Source: Lama glama (taxonomy: Eukaryota). From it: a stretch of DNA of 64,000 nt. The DNA lies in NCBI GenBank assembly GCA_028534125.1, contig CM052818.1, positions 44,890,001 to 44,954,000 of the forward strand, read 5' to 3'. Both the position numbers and the translations under genes were made by a program. Shown piece after piece: positions 11,806-24,777 of this stretch (position 1 is the stretch's first letter; every line of letters starts with the position of its first letter). The notes under the pieces are model-generated. The model made no database searches and was not told the origin of the DNA. It was given only the letters and a program-made list of their open reading frames with translations.

Positions 11806-14686
11806 TTGTGATCTCCAAACTTCTAATCTTGTATTTCATCAATAATAGAGTTTTGAAATATCTTGAAATAGATGTGTCATTACTTATAATTTGTATACAT
11901 GTGCCACTATATTAAAATATTATGTACATTATATAATACACATAAAATAGGAGTTCAAAAGTATAAACTGAATCTATAAACAATATTTTTTGAGATAATT
12001 TTATAATGATAGAAAAATTTTCTCACTAAATATGCTGAATTGCTTTCCAAAAATTTTGGCTTAATGTTGTCACAGTGAATTGAAGATCAGGTTCGAAGTT
12101 CAGTGTATTTTGCTACTGGGTTTTAAGGTCTATTACAGGATATTTTTCTTTCTTTCTTTCTTTTTTTTTTTAAATTTCACAAAAATGTATGGATACAAGT
12201 GGAAGAAGCACAATAAATGTATCAGTGGCTGCAGTTACTAAATCACAGTGCTCATTTTCCCATTCTGACCACCAGTTATACACCATTTTTGTGTAGTTAC
12301 TGAGATTCAGTTAGTTTTCCTTGATGGCCAAATCAGAAATAATTGTATTTTTATGTTTTAACACATGAGTTTAAAACTCACTGAACATCTTTAACTGGGT
12401 CAGAAAATTATAGTTTTTAAAACATGGATATGAACGTTAAAAAGCAATTTTAATAGGCAAAGCATGTTGTTATCTGTTAAAATTCACATATGGATGGAAA
12501 CATTTCCAGACACATCCCCTTTTAAAATACTTTTTCCACAGCAGGAATTTCTTCCAAAAAGAAAACTTTTCTTCACTTTTCTCATTAATTGTTAAAATAT
12601 TACTTTTACTTAATTAAGAAAAATTCTATTAATTTTCTCCCCAAATATCTGCCAGCATATTGTTAATAAGTACTTGTTATCATAGGCAAGCTCAACAAAT
12701 TTGGAGCATTTACCTTTTTATAGGAGAAAAATAGTAATTCATCTGTAAGTTCGATGACTTTTAAAAGTTCATTGTGACAAGATAGCTAGAAAACTTTCAT
12801 GTGAAATTAAGTTTTTTTATGGACATTCTTCATCTCATTACAAAGAACAGAAAATTCTGTTACACTTTTAACAATCCTATTTTTATAAATTTTAACAGTG
12901 TAGATGACATAGCACTTCGTCCTCTTAAGGATTAAATTTCTTCATTGTAAAAGCTATTCTGTGAATGATGCAGTGAATGAATTTCATATATAGTACTATA
13001 TGTAGTGTAGTTCCAGAGGCAGTTTTGTATTTCAGTTAAAGTATCAGCTCTGTCAGTGGTTACTGTTACAAAGGTTTTCCTTAAAATATAGTTTTCATTA
13101 AGGAAGTAAATTACTGTTGAGAATACAGTATATTTTCTTCAGTTATTTCTTCACTGTTGCAGTATCCATCCGTATTTTAACTAATCAGGTTAGAAAAAGT
13201 GTGTACTTTTCTTCCAATTGTACAGTAAACCTTTCTTATGGTACAATTTATCTTGTTACTTATTACTTCAACTTTTCAATTATATTTTCTATGTGCCTTC
13301 TAAAGATACTCGAGAAAATACACTTTAGTTTTTTTAAATCATATTTTTTGTATATTTCAGCCATTTGAAAAATCCAGTGTTTCCCAGTGGTATCTGAATT
13401 CAAAACAAAACAAAACAAAAAAATCTGTTTTTGATGTTAAAGAAACAAAATAAAAAACTGAAACAGGAAAGAGGCTTTCAGACATTTATCATTAAATTAA
13501 TGAAAATTGGTAAAGTGCTGGGTAGAACACAGGCATTAAATATTATGCAAATAATTATAGATACTTGTTTTCATAAGCAGACTGCAAAACTTATAATACA
13601 AATTCTAACCAGAACATTAACAAAAACAGTAATTCAAATAAAAATATCAACCTGGTTAAATCTCTATTGGCATTTGTACCCAGCATCATAGACTTTTGAA
13701 TGTCTGCAACCTTAAACTCTGAGGCTTGAGCTTTTTTCTTCGAGATTTAGGCCCATGAAGACCTTCACCTTTTTTTTAAACAAAGGAGAAATACCTTCTT
13801 AGCTTTTTCATCTGCACTTGTAACCTTACTAGATAGCTTCATGTCATGAACAGTGTAGGGGTGTTTGAAGCTACTGTTTGTACTTTAGTAAGGCATTTCT
13901 GCATGATAAGGCATTTCTGCATAATTTTTGGCTTTTTTCTTAATGTCATCCTGTGTTGCTAAGGCTTGCTCTTTAATTTGAGAAAGCTTGCCCATCATTT
14001 AAAAACACTAACAAGTTGGAAAAAATAATATATTTTACTTAGTATTTGAATTATTCCCTTATTTTCCAATTGCATATGAGATAATTTGTGTTATAGAAAG
14101 TCAGGTTATAGCAGAATATATTATACATCATTAATGATTATGGATATAATTCCATGTTTCAGAAGGCTTCAGGTAATTTTTAGTTGGGAGGTAATGTGAT
14201 TAGCTTGTCATTGTTTTTAGTCTCATAATTTGGGCAATAAGAACTTATATAAGGAGTAGGTGAAACGTTAACAATGCTGTTTTCTTTGTATTGCTTGCAT
14301 TTTGGTATTGTCTTAAATCTATGGTTATATATATTACATTCACTTTAAAAATAGCTTTATTGAAGTATAATTGACATACAATAAATTGTACATGATTAAA
14401 TTGTATAATTTGGTAAACTTTGGCATATGTCTGTACTCCAAAAAGGAATGTTTTTGATCTGCTTGGTAATCTTTCTATTAGTAAATTTTTAAAAATCTTT
14501 ACGTGTAAGCTGTAGTATGTCACAATTCTGTGAAAGCTAATAGCAGTGAATTGTTGCTGAAAATATGTTAAACTAAAAATTTTTTTTAAGTTAAATGTGT
14601 ATTATTATAATATTTTCTTCTTGTACCTCAGTGGATTATTTTATGCATTACCATTGAGTACATTTACTCAACTTGGGAGATTTTTG
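11806..14686 (-). mobile_element. Near full-length hAT-Charlie DNA transposon fossil (Charlie7-like) with decayed transposase
   Basis: Minus-strand remnants FTVQLEE, VTTDRA, IHCIIHR, FSVLCNEM..FHMKVF*LS and VLLPLVSIHFCE. Imperfect terminal inverted repeats: atctccaaac versus reverse-complement atctcccaag. Confidence 0.8.
14343..14440 (-). mobile_element. Short L1MB-like 3' end inside the Charlie fossil
   Basis: 'aatagctttattgaagtataattgacatacaataaattgtacat...'. Confidence 0.75.
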
Positions 14687-16594
14687 AGGTCTGCTGGCTA
14701 TTTGGTGGATACTTGGAAGTAGGATACTGGATCCCAGGGTAGAAGCAGATGAGAGTTATCTGTCATAGAAGATGATTCTCAGAATAAAGTTCAGATATGT
14801 GTTTGTTTTGTTACCTTCTCTCTTTGAATGTGGAAGAAATGATGGCTATTTGTGAGTTCCAGTTCAGGGTGATTTTATTATTTTCAGTGTTTTTAAGTAA
14901 TTTTCTTTTAAACCACTGATACTAATGTGTCTCTAAATTAATTGACAAGAAGTTCTTACTCTTACTTGAAGTACTGTTATTGCCAGAAATTGAGCAATAA
15001 GCTGAAGAGTTATTATGAAATGGTAGTTGGTAATCAGCCTTTAGAAACTAGATTTGCCAAAACTATTAGTTTTCAAATTGTTTAGGAACCTTTTCTCTGC
15101 CAAATAATTTATAGATTACCAAAATGTAAAACAGACTGAAATATAGTACAACAGATTCCCTTACCAAGACTTGCTCACTTTTATTTGTAGGGGGTGCACA
15201 TACAGTGGACAAAAGGGAGATGGGGCAGATATTTGATTTAAAAGGTTTTAAATGTTTTCTAATTTTAAAAAATGTTACTAAACATTCCCTCAGATGTGTA
15301 GAAGAAATATTGCTTCCTAGGTAAGGATGAGGTACACCTTGCTTCTGTAGTTCTGTTGAGAAGAATATTTTGTTTTTTCATTAAAAGTAGGTGGGCCATT
15401 GAGTCTGTACAGTTACATATACAGTTAGAAGAAGAAAAGAGCACATGCTTTAAAAAAAAAACCAACAACAACTTTTTCTTTTTGCTGAAATGTTCTTCGC
15501 TGTTTCTAGTGGTAGTTGTATGAGTAGCAGAAGGAGCTGCTTCTGGTTACAGCTTCTGCTTTTGTTATATACCTAAATGGCTCTGTCCAAAAACACTTCT
15601 GCATTTCCTCCATTTCTTTTCCAGTGGGGATTTTTATGAGAATTAAATGAGAAAGTGATTCTGTTGTCTCTGGCACAATGTAGGTGCTTAGTGAATGTTG
15701 ATCTCATAATGTGATTTGTGGGTATACATGTTTGCCCTTTGATTTTCCTGAACAAGTTCATTGTTTAGATTTGATTACTGTTTGACTAGAAAACTGAGGA
15801 TATTATGTCTGTAAATATGATGATGTATTCTTGGAATATTTTCAGTGATTGTTTTTATGTGGGATATGAAATGAAATGTTTAAATCTCCATAGGTTTAAA
15901 AAATATCAATAAGAACTATACTGACATAATAGTGACATATCTAAAAATAGGGAAGGATAGGTTTGTGTTTGAAATTCCTTAAATTCCATCTCAGATTCAC
16001 CTAGCAGTGCAGTTGTGCACATCTCCTTAAAAATTGCTGAATTGGTTTTAGTAGAAACATACTTTACTTGGAAGATGGGATACAGAGTATAAGGTTGTAT
16101 AGTTCCACATTACTCATTCCCTCCCAGCACTTCAAACACAAATAAGGATTTAAGGATTTAAGAGTGTTTGGAAGATAAGTATCTATAATAGAAAACCTTC
16201 GTCAAAATATAGCAAGCTTAAGGAGGAGTTTTTAACTAATTTTTATCTCATACTTCCTCTCTCATTAAGTAGACAGTATATTAGATAAAGTATATGAAAA
16301 TGCCTGAGCACAGCGATGTCATAAAGATTTTAAAATGTTTTACTCTTTATTTGATGGAGTAGTGAAATACTATATTCCTTGAGGAGGAAAACTGTTTTTA
16401 AAGGACAAAATATAATCGTTAGTTTATAAACCAAAGTCCAATAATACAAATATAATTGAACTTAATTTTATTCATTTGTTTCTGAACCATATACTACATT
16501 ATGAAGAGTACTTTGATACATATCTTCTCATTGACAATATTTTTAGAAGAAAAAATTTAGAACCTTAAAATGCTTGAAATACTAATAATTACTT

Positions 16595-16810
16595 GAGCTA
16601 GCATTGGGCCCAATTCAGACCCTTCTATTAGCTGTGTAATTCTGGAAAATTTTTTAAGTTCTCCAAGCTTAATTTCTTCAATAGAAAAATGATAATAACA
16701 TCTGCTTGGAAAATCAAGTGAATTAAGTGACATGATGTTACATTAAATGTTTGGCATAGTGTCTGGTACCCATGCACTCTGTAGATAGCAGCTGCTTTAT
16801 TACTATCATT
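16595..16810 (+). mobile_element. MIR SINE
   Basis: 'tattagctgtgtaattctggaaaattttttaag...aatgataataac...tttggcatagtgtctggtac'. Confidence 0.7.
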
Positions 16811-16982
16811 TTACCAGCATTATCACCATTAGTACTGTTCCTAACTTTACACTTAATTCTTTGACTAGTTATCCTTCTAAAACTTTGATCAAATCAACAA
16901 TGTGATTCCTTTCCCATTGTTTTAACATTAAAATGCACTATAGTTAATATTGTCTAATTGTAGAGATTTCAGTCTCTTGGGC

Positions 16983-17310
16983 CAGGATGGGGTCTAGGGT
17001 GAGGCCAGTGAGGCACTTGCTTTGGGCACAAAACTTAAGGGGGGTGCCTGGTGGGGGTGCGAAAAATCACCATAATGAAGATAAATAATATTTTATCATA
17101 GTTCTTTAAAAATTGCAGAAATCCATGGTCAACAAAATATGAAAATGAAAAATTTAGGTAAAGGCAGAATCTGGAAGATTTACTGTGCTGAACCATGTTG
17201 GTGTGTGAGGCAAAAAGGGAAAACAAGTAATGTTGATCCTGTCTTGTCCTTCCTGAGCCATTTTGGAGCCTGAGGCAAAAGGAAAAATCACAATACCACT
17301 CCTGTGGTCT
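16983..17310. mobile_element. MER96B-like hAT MITE
   Basis: 'ctagggtgaggccagtgaggcacttgc...gcacaaaacttaagggggg...aagataaataatatttt...ggagcctgaggcaaaaggaaaaatca'. Confidence 0.7.
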
Positions 17311-18364
17311 GGAGGAAGGGACTTCACCCTGCTCCACACCTTGCCTTACTGTTTAAATAGTTGATTTTATAAGAGAGAACAGCTCACCAGAATGATTTTA
17401 TAGACTGTTACCTCCATTTTACAAATGAGTGCACAAGAAATCAGGAGCCTATTCAAATGCACAGAGACTTTAGAAAGGCGTAAGATCAGTGGAAACTGTA
17501 TTCTTCTTAAGGAGGTTCCCCTTCCTCACAATTCAGAGTTCAGGTTTTAAGCAACTTTTTGTTATAATATTCCTTTAAGTGTTCTAAATATTAATGTTAC
17601 TTGATTAGATATCTGTTACTTCATTAATGTACCACCTATATTGTTTTGTGGCAGTAGGGAGCTTTATATACAATAGCTATAAATAGCTAAAGATTTATAT
17701 AAGCAAACAAGAAAACTGTTCTTGTGTTTCAAGTTGGCGACTCAAGATTATAATGAAGTTGATCTATATGACACAAAATATGTGCAAGAACTTTCACCCA
17801 ATACTCTTTAAATTTCTTATTTTCCTAGGTAACCTTTTTTCTTTTGAATGTTTGTTTCTGTTAGGTGACAGTAAATTTAGTTTGTAATTTAATTTGGCTG
17901 TCAGAGTTTTTAGACTAATTTTTCAAAGTTATATTGTAAAATAAGCATTAAGTATTTTATTCAACTGTTGTTGATAAATGATAGCAGATTAATTAATATA
18001 ACAGACTTTCTAGGTGAAATAGAAAGTATACTATAAAAAACAATATAGAGTGTACTTAAAATTCTGAAGTTTCTCTATGTGCATTTTAGGATGGCTTAAA
18101 ACTTCTACTTTATTTGCTAATGATGGATTTGTTTGGATCCACTATTTTTAGTTTTGTATTTGTATTTGGAGTTGTAATAACATAAGGAGGAAATGTATTA
18201 CAAATTCATTTAAATAACACTTCCTGTTCACTTATCTGTAGAGCAGATACACAGAAATATGTTTCCTATTTTGTTGTCTTAACTTTAAAACCTGGATATT
18301 CTTCAGTATTCTGTTGAAGGAGTAACTTTATTAACTTTAAGTTGAGTAATAAAGTATAAATATA

Positions 18365-18575
18365 AAATTCTGATTCTGTCACTTATAAACTGTGTTGGCT
18401 GGGGCAAGTTTTTTAACCTTTCTGAACTTCAATTTCTGTGCCTACTAAATGTGAGTATAATAATAGTACCTAGTTTATACATTGTTATGAGGATTAAAAT
18501 GTTGACTGCATATATCATATATAATGCTTTGCACAGCATATGGCACAAAGTAGTCAAAAAGTTCCTATAATGAAT
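18365..18575 (+). mobile_element. MIR SINE
   Basis: 'tctgtcacttataaactgtg...gggcaagttttttaacctttctgaacttcaatttc...taataatagtaccta...gttatgaggattaaa'. Confidence 0.85.
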
Positions 18576-18829
18576 AATAAATACCATATTGACCTGTATA
18601 ATTTAGTTACAATTTTTGGTAGATAGACTTTGAAGTATAAGGTATCACATAATTTATGGTCAGGTTGAATGCTAGGTATTATTTAGGGTCTGTGAATGTG
18701 GACTCACAGTAACATTTTAAAGGAAGCTTTTATTTTTTTAGAAGTGCAGTAATTATAGAAAAACAAATACTAAGAAAGTGGTGAACAGTGATTTGGAAAT
18801 CACAAATTTATAATCTAAATAGCTTTTAT

Positions 18830-19112
18830 AAAAGTCACAGATGACCTCTCCGTTGCTAAAGCCTCTGTCTTGATTTACTTATCAGTCATAATCACTTTGT
18901 GGATCACTCTCTCCCTGGCTTCCAAGATACTATAGCAGTCTTGATTTTCTTCCTTCTTTACTGTGTGCTTCTTAGTCTCCAGTTCTCCACAGTCTCTCAA
19001 TAGTGGTGTCTTCCAAGACTCCTTGGTCCTTTTTTATTTGTTTGCACTTATTCCTTTAGTCATCTTATCCAGTTTCATGGCTTTAAATACCACCCGTATG
19101 CTGACAACTCAT
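18830..19112 (+). mobile_element. L2 ORF2 fragment
   Basis: 'gtcacagatgacctctccgttgctaaa...catcttatccagtttcatggctttaaataccacccgtatgctgacaactc'. Confidence 0.8.
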
Positions 19113-21329
19113 GACTTTATGAAATTTTCAGCTGGAGGATAATTTGTGCCACATTTAACAATTGAAATTCCTAAAAAGATGTCTCCATCATTTTGCTTAT
19201 CACTTTAGACATTATATACATATTTTTTTCCACCATAATAATTATAATGGGAAAAATTGGGTGTTGTCTTGTACCTATTTATTTAGAGAGACAGAAGGAT
19301 AAATCACTCTCTCTGCCTTCCTCTGATGCTAACTTTTTACATACAGAAAGCCCATGTCAATTCCAGTATTGGAGCTGATTCATGTACTTTTCAGCCAGTA
19401 CTATTAGAGATGCAAGAGATCTGGTAACTGGCCAAGCTCTGGGGGCTTAGTTTAAGATTTTTGAAAGCTGTGTCTGACCTACCTTGTTAGGCAGTTTCGT
19501 ATAAAACTTGGGCAATATAATTTTTTTTCCAGTGTTTTTTTTTGGGGGGGAGCTGGAATTTTCACTCCAGCTGTTTTCCCAGTAATCAGTCTGGTTTTGG
19601 TTCATTAGCACATTTAGGTCTTTTTAATTCGCAGTCATTGGTCTTACTGCTTTCTGCTCTAAATCCAGTAGATCTTTGTGAGCTTAGCTGCTTCTCATTG
19701 CTTGGTGCTTTTCTTTCTCGTTCTTGAATATTTTATGGTGGTGATGGGTTTTTTTTTCCCTTTCAGTGGGTCTATGACTTTTAAATGTTCTCCTGTCATT
19801 TCTGTGCATTTGGAAGTGTCTTATACCTATTTACTCAGAAATAGGGACAAAAGTTAATTTTCTTCATTGCTATAAAGTTGTGGTTGTAGACTTTTCTTTA
19901 ATGTAAGTTTATTCTTTTAAAAATTTCTTTATCTCAGTTTTAGTATCACTTTCTAAGAAAAGAATCACAGTTGGAATCACAGACACTGAAAAAAATCTCA
20001 ACTGTGTAAGGTTTATATGAAACTACTTAATGAGGATATTCATAGACAGAGGCTTTCAGTCAAGTCTTGAGCTAACCTAGCAACTGAATCTCAGTATCAG
20101 TTTCAAATATTGAAAATACTGATATCTTTTAAAAATTCAGAATTTGTTTACTACACAGAATTAATTTCAAATGTAAAAATTTATAAACTTAGAACCTCAA
20201 GTATAAATGTAATTATATAAATATAGATTACCTCTGTATTATCTTCTAATGTAAATTATTAGTAAATTAAAGTATTAGCATTATTCAAAAACAAATACTA
20301 CAAAAAAGCTAAATGCATAAATGAAATAGTATTTGATCTTTAAAGAACGGCTTAAAAAAAGCAAAATGGTGTTGTTGAGTTGAGCAGCTGCTCAGATATT
20401 CCAGCTGCTAAAAATGCTCTCTGACTTGTACACTGGTGGGGGATAAACTATTTCCAGATTTTTTCCTGTTTATTTAATCTTTACATAACCGCCTCTCTGA
20501 TAACTTTTAGGGAGACTGTGGGGTAAGCAAGAATCCTTTTGCTAATATCAAGATGTAGTTTTGTTTCAAAGAAAGATTTCTTTTATCTTTGTTATGTGTA
20601 GATGGAGATTTATCATTTCAGTATCAAGTATTCATATTCCACTTTTTTGGGAAAGTCTCTGAACTAGAAGAGAATACTTATTCTTGTTAATAGAGGCTTC
20701 TGCCATGTCAATTTAAATTTTTTCTTCTTGTAGAGGTTAATGGAGGTACTACAGAAGAGGGCTTTCCAAATGAATGCACCTTTTTTGATTTGAAATTTTA
20801 ATACAGAGTGTAAATCTGGATATATCTAAAAATATAAGTGATTCAAATTTTGCATTTTAAATTTATTAAAATACCAAAGTTGTACCAGTAAGGATATATT
20901 GGTATTTTGGTACTTAAAAATAGCCTAGCATGCTCAAATGCTAGTGTGAAAAGCAGTTTAGCTGTCCTAGAGAGGGGTCTTGTGGGTTGGGGTAAGGTTG
21001 CAGGGAGTTATCAAAATGTGAATTTAACAATGTCAACAGTTGTGTATTGCTTTTTTAATGTATTTTTTTCTTTCAGTTGAGGAAAATCAATATTGTTTTA
21101 ATGTGTCTGCATTAATGGTATCAGTGGAATATACATAATTTTGTGATTAAAAATATTTATAATTTACTGGACATTTGAAGAGTGAAAAGACATCTGACTA
21201 GCAAAAATAATAGTGGATACATATTTAAAAATGACATTTTTCTATTGGCTTAAAGTACAATGGAAAACATGAAAGGATTAATCCTAATATCTCTGGCAGA
21301 ACATTTATTCAATGAGAACAGCATGATAA

Positions 21330-21491
<162 letters not shown>

Positions 21492-21759
21492 TAAACTTAA
21501 TATTTGGCCACATAACTACTTTTGATAAGAGATTTATGTTTAATGTCATTACAGTCCACAAACTTGTAACTTATTAAACTTAAGTATTTTTTTAGTTTGC
21601 CATTTTATTTATTTGAATACTTAATATTCTTTATTTTCAAAGCAAACCTGCAGAACCAATTAAATTATGTAAAATAGATAAAGTTGAAGATTTTGTATTA
21701 ATTAAGACTATTTGGCAATTTCAGGATAGGTCATTTATGGCAGTCCCAGGAGAAGTTTT

Positions 21760-22067
21760 TTTTTTTTTAACACTTTTTATTGATTTATAATCATTTTACA
21801 ATGTTGTGTCAAATTCCAGTGTTCAGCACAATTTTTCAGTCATTCATGGACATATACACACTCATTGTCACAATTTTTTCTCTGTGAGTTATCGTAACAT
21901 TTTGTGTATATTTCCCTGTGCTATACAGTGTAATCTTGTTTATCTGTTCTACAATTTTAAAATCCCAGTCTGTCCCTTCCCACCCTCCACCCCCCTGGTA
22001 ACCACAAGTCTGTATTCTCTGTCTGTGAGTCTATTTCTGTCCTGTATTTATGCTTTGTTTTTGTTTG
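21760..22067 (-). mobile_element. Young 5'-truncated L1 3' end (camelid-type) with perfect target-site duplication
   Basis: Poly-T then 'aacactttttattgatttataatcattttacaatgttgtgtcaaattccagtgttcagcac'. TSD ggagaagtttt at 21749-21759 and 22068-22078. Confidence 0.9.
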
Positions 22068-22685
22068 GGAGAAGTTTTAAATTAATATTAACAACTCTAC
22101 AACTTCACTTTACATTACCCAGGAGATTTAAAAGCTTTATATTTGGATAAATGTGGACATTTCAGTCTAGTCAGTGAAAGATAATGTGATAAGAATATTG
22201 CCGTAAATGTAGTAACTCTTAATATTTGCCAGTATTGATGTTGCAGTGAAGTTGCAAATGAAGTTGAAGTTCTAAGAATAAGAAATTCTCAAAATAATTA
22301 ATATACACTTTATGTGAACACAGTAAATTCTTTAATTTAGCCAGAGACTGGGCTATTTTCCTGATTAAAAATCTTATCTGTAGCTACCAAATCTACTATA
22401 TGTGATTACTATTTTTCAAAGAAGTAGGTTTCCAAAATTCATTATGAAGATTAAGCTTGCAAGTAATTTCATAGCCGGTTTCTGCCAGATTTAGAGTGCA
22501 CTCCAAGATTGCTTGGGTCATCGCTGTTTCAGCTGTCATTTCACTTGTTAAGCGACAGAGTCAGAAAGAGAATAGCTTGACTACTACTTTTTGTTTGCAG
22601 GTTGTGTTTGTTTATGTGTATTAACCATAGAGTTTTCATTCTTTGATGTAAAGTTAATGTGTATCTTAGATTTTTAAACAGCAAA

Positions 22686-22975
22686 CTTTTTTTTAAAACA
22701 CCTTTATTGTGGTATGGTTACTTACAGTAAACTACACATATTTCAAATGTACAATTTGATGAATTTTATTAGATGTACATACCAATGAAACCACTACCAC
22801 AATCAAGATAGCTAACATTTCCATCACTCCCCAGGAGGTACAGTTTTCAAATTCCCAATTTATCCCTTCCCACCCCCTTTCCCCTGGTAACCGTAAGTTT
22901 GTTCTCTATGCCTTTGATTCTGTTTCTTTTTTGTAGATGAGTTCATTTGTGTCCTTTTTTTTAAGATTCCACTTA
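22686..22975 (-). mobile_element. L1MB-like 3' end joined to an artiodactyl-type L1 3'UTR fragment
   Basis: 'ctttattgtggtatgg...gaaaccactaccacaatcaagata', then 'cccaatttatcccttcccaccccctttcccctggtaaccgtaagtttg'. Confidence 0.75.
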
Positions 22976-23036
22976 AACAACAACCTTTAAAAACTGACAG
23001 ATTTACCTGAAAACTAAGCCCAGTTTCTTGAAATAA

Positions 23037-23261
<225 letters not shown>

Positions 23262-23289
23262 TGAAACATTGTCAGTGACCCTTGAGTAG

Positions 23290-23440
23290 ATCTAATTTCT
23301 GTGCCCAACCATGCCAGAAGACTAGCTTTATGAGCTTGGTCAGATTATTCCATATGAGAGCCTCAGTGTCTTCATCTGTAAAAGAAGGCAGTGGTGTTCT
23401 AAACACCTGGTCTTCTCCAGCTCTGAAACACTGAGGTTTA
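23290..23440 (+). mobile_element. MIR3/MIRc fragment
   Basis: 'actagctttatgagcttgg...gcctcagtgtcttcatctgtaaaa...tctccagctctgaaa'. Confidence 0.7.
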
Positions 23441-24504
23441 GAATAAGGCCAGATCAAACATGATCTGCCTACATCTATTTTGTTTTTATTTAGTATATTC
23501 AGATTAATAAATCTCTGCTTAATTAATGGGGATTTATTTAGATATATGAGAAACCCAAAAAAGACATTTTAGCAACTGAAAGTAAATATAAAATTTACCT
23601 TTGTAGGCTGAAGTGATAGCACTAGAAATATTTTGCAAATATTTCAAATATTTTATTGATATTATTATATGAAGAACTATAATAATATTCCTATTTTCAT
23701 CACCTGAATATGAAACCCCTTTTTTTGTCCTTCTGGTTATACTACGGAGTCAAATTCTGTAGTGTTCTCTGAGTGTTAATCATTATTATTGCCTGTTTGA
23801 TATAGACATTCTTATTACATGTGTTTGAAACAGGTACACTGTTTCTTTATACTTATGATTTGGTGTAATTGTGGAAGAGAGACTAGAATTTGAAGTTGTA
23901 TTTTTGGAAGGAAATATGACAGACCTTGACTTGTCATGTTTTTGTGGCAGGGTAGTTATTGTTCTATGTTAGGTTAACTTGATCATTAAAATTCAATATT
24001 AAAGAAGGGAAAAGAAAACAGAAACAGGAAGCTTTTATTTTTGTTGTTAGTTTTCCATCCCATATTTCATTTTGGCTGTAAAACATGAAGAAACAAAGTC
24101 ATATGTTTTTAAAAATGAAAAATATTTTAACATTCCATTAATCTAATGACCTGACCAGGGAGCTTGTATATGTTTGTTTTGGGTTTAGTTCTTGGTTCTG
24201 TTACCTTAGGCAGGGACTCTTAAAAAGAAGAATGAGACTGAAAAGGAAAAGTCCAAGTGCTTCTTTCATAACCTTTTAAAGTTGATTTGTTATTTGGTAG
24301 ATAAATTTGTTAGGCAGATATGTAGGGAATGTTCCATGTTTGGCACATCTTTATGATTATGTTTTTTTAGTCATTTGAAGAAAGTGTTACAATAGGTGCA
24401 AATGTGTCTTTCCTTTTGAAAGTTAAAAATACAGCACAGACGACCTACCAATCAATTTCTACAAAGAAAAGTCTCATTGTAAAAGTGACTTTGGTATGTC
24501 ACAG

Positions 24505-24758
24505 CAGCTATACCATAGTATAGGATCTAAAGTTGGACTACTTACAGTTGAATTCTGGCTCTTTCATGACTAGCTGTGACTTCAGACAAGGTTCTTCATC
24601 TCTCTGTGCCTCAGTTTCTTCTCTGTAAAGTGAAGATTACAATGACAATAGCATTTATACCTCATAGGGTTACTGGAAGAATTAAATGTGACAATATATA
24701 GAAAGTATTTGGAACAGTTCATGGAATAGAGTAAATGATCAGTAAATGTTAACAATTA
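24505..24758 (+). mobile_element. MIR SINE, near full length
   Basis: 'ttgaattctggctct...actagctgtgactt...ctctctgtgcctcagtttc...tacctcatagggtt...gtaaatgtta'. Confidence 0.9.
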
Positions 24759-24777
24759 ATTGTCAGACATAAAATGT

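Noticed and set aside
15527..15561. Imperfect hairpin agcagaag...cttctgct
   Set aside because: Too short for a pre-miRNA, has a bulge and no other support; expected by chance.
21077..21117. Cryptic exon after the strong acceptor ttttttctttcag
   Set aside because: The only nearby donor (atg|gtatca) is weak and the length is not a multiple of three; such pseudo-acceptors are abundant in T-rich introns.
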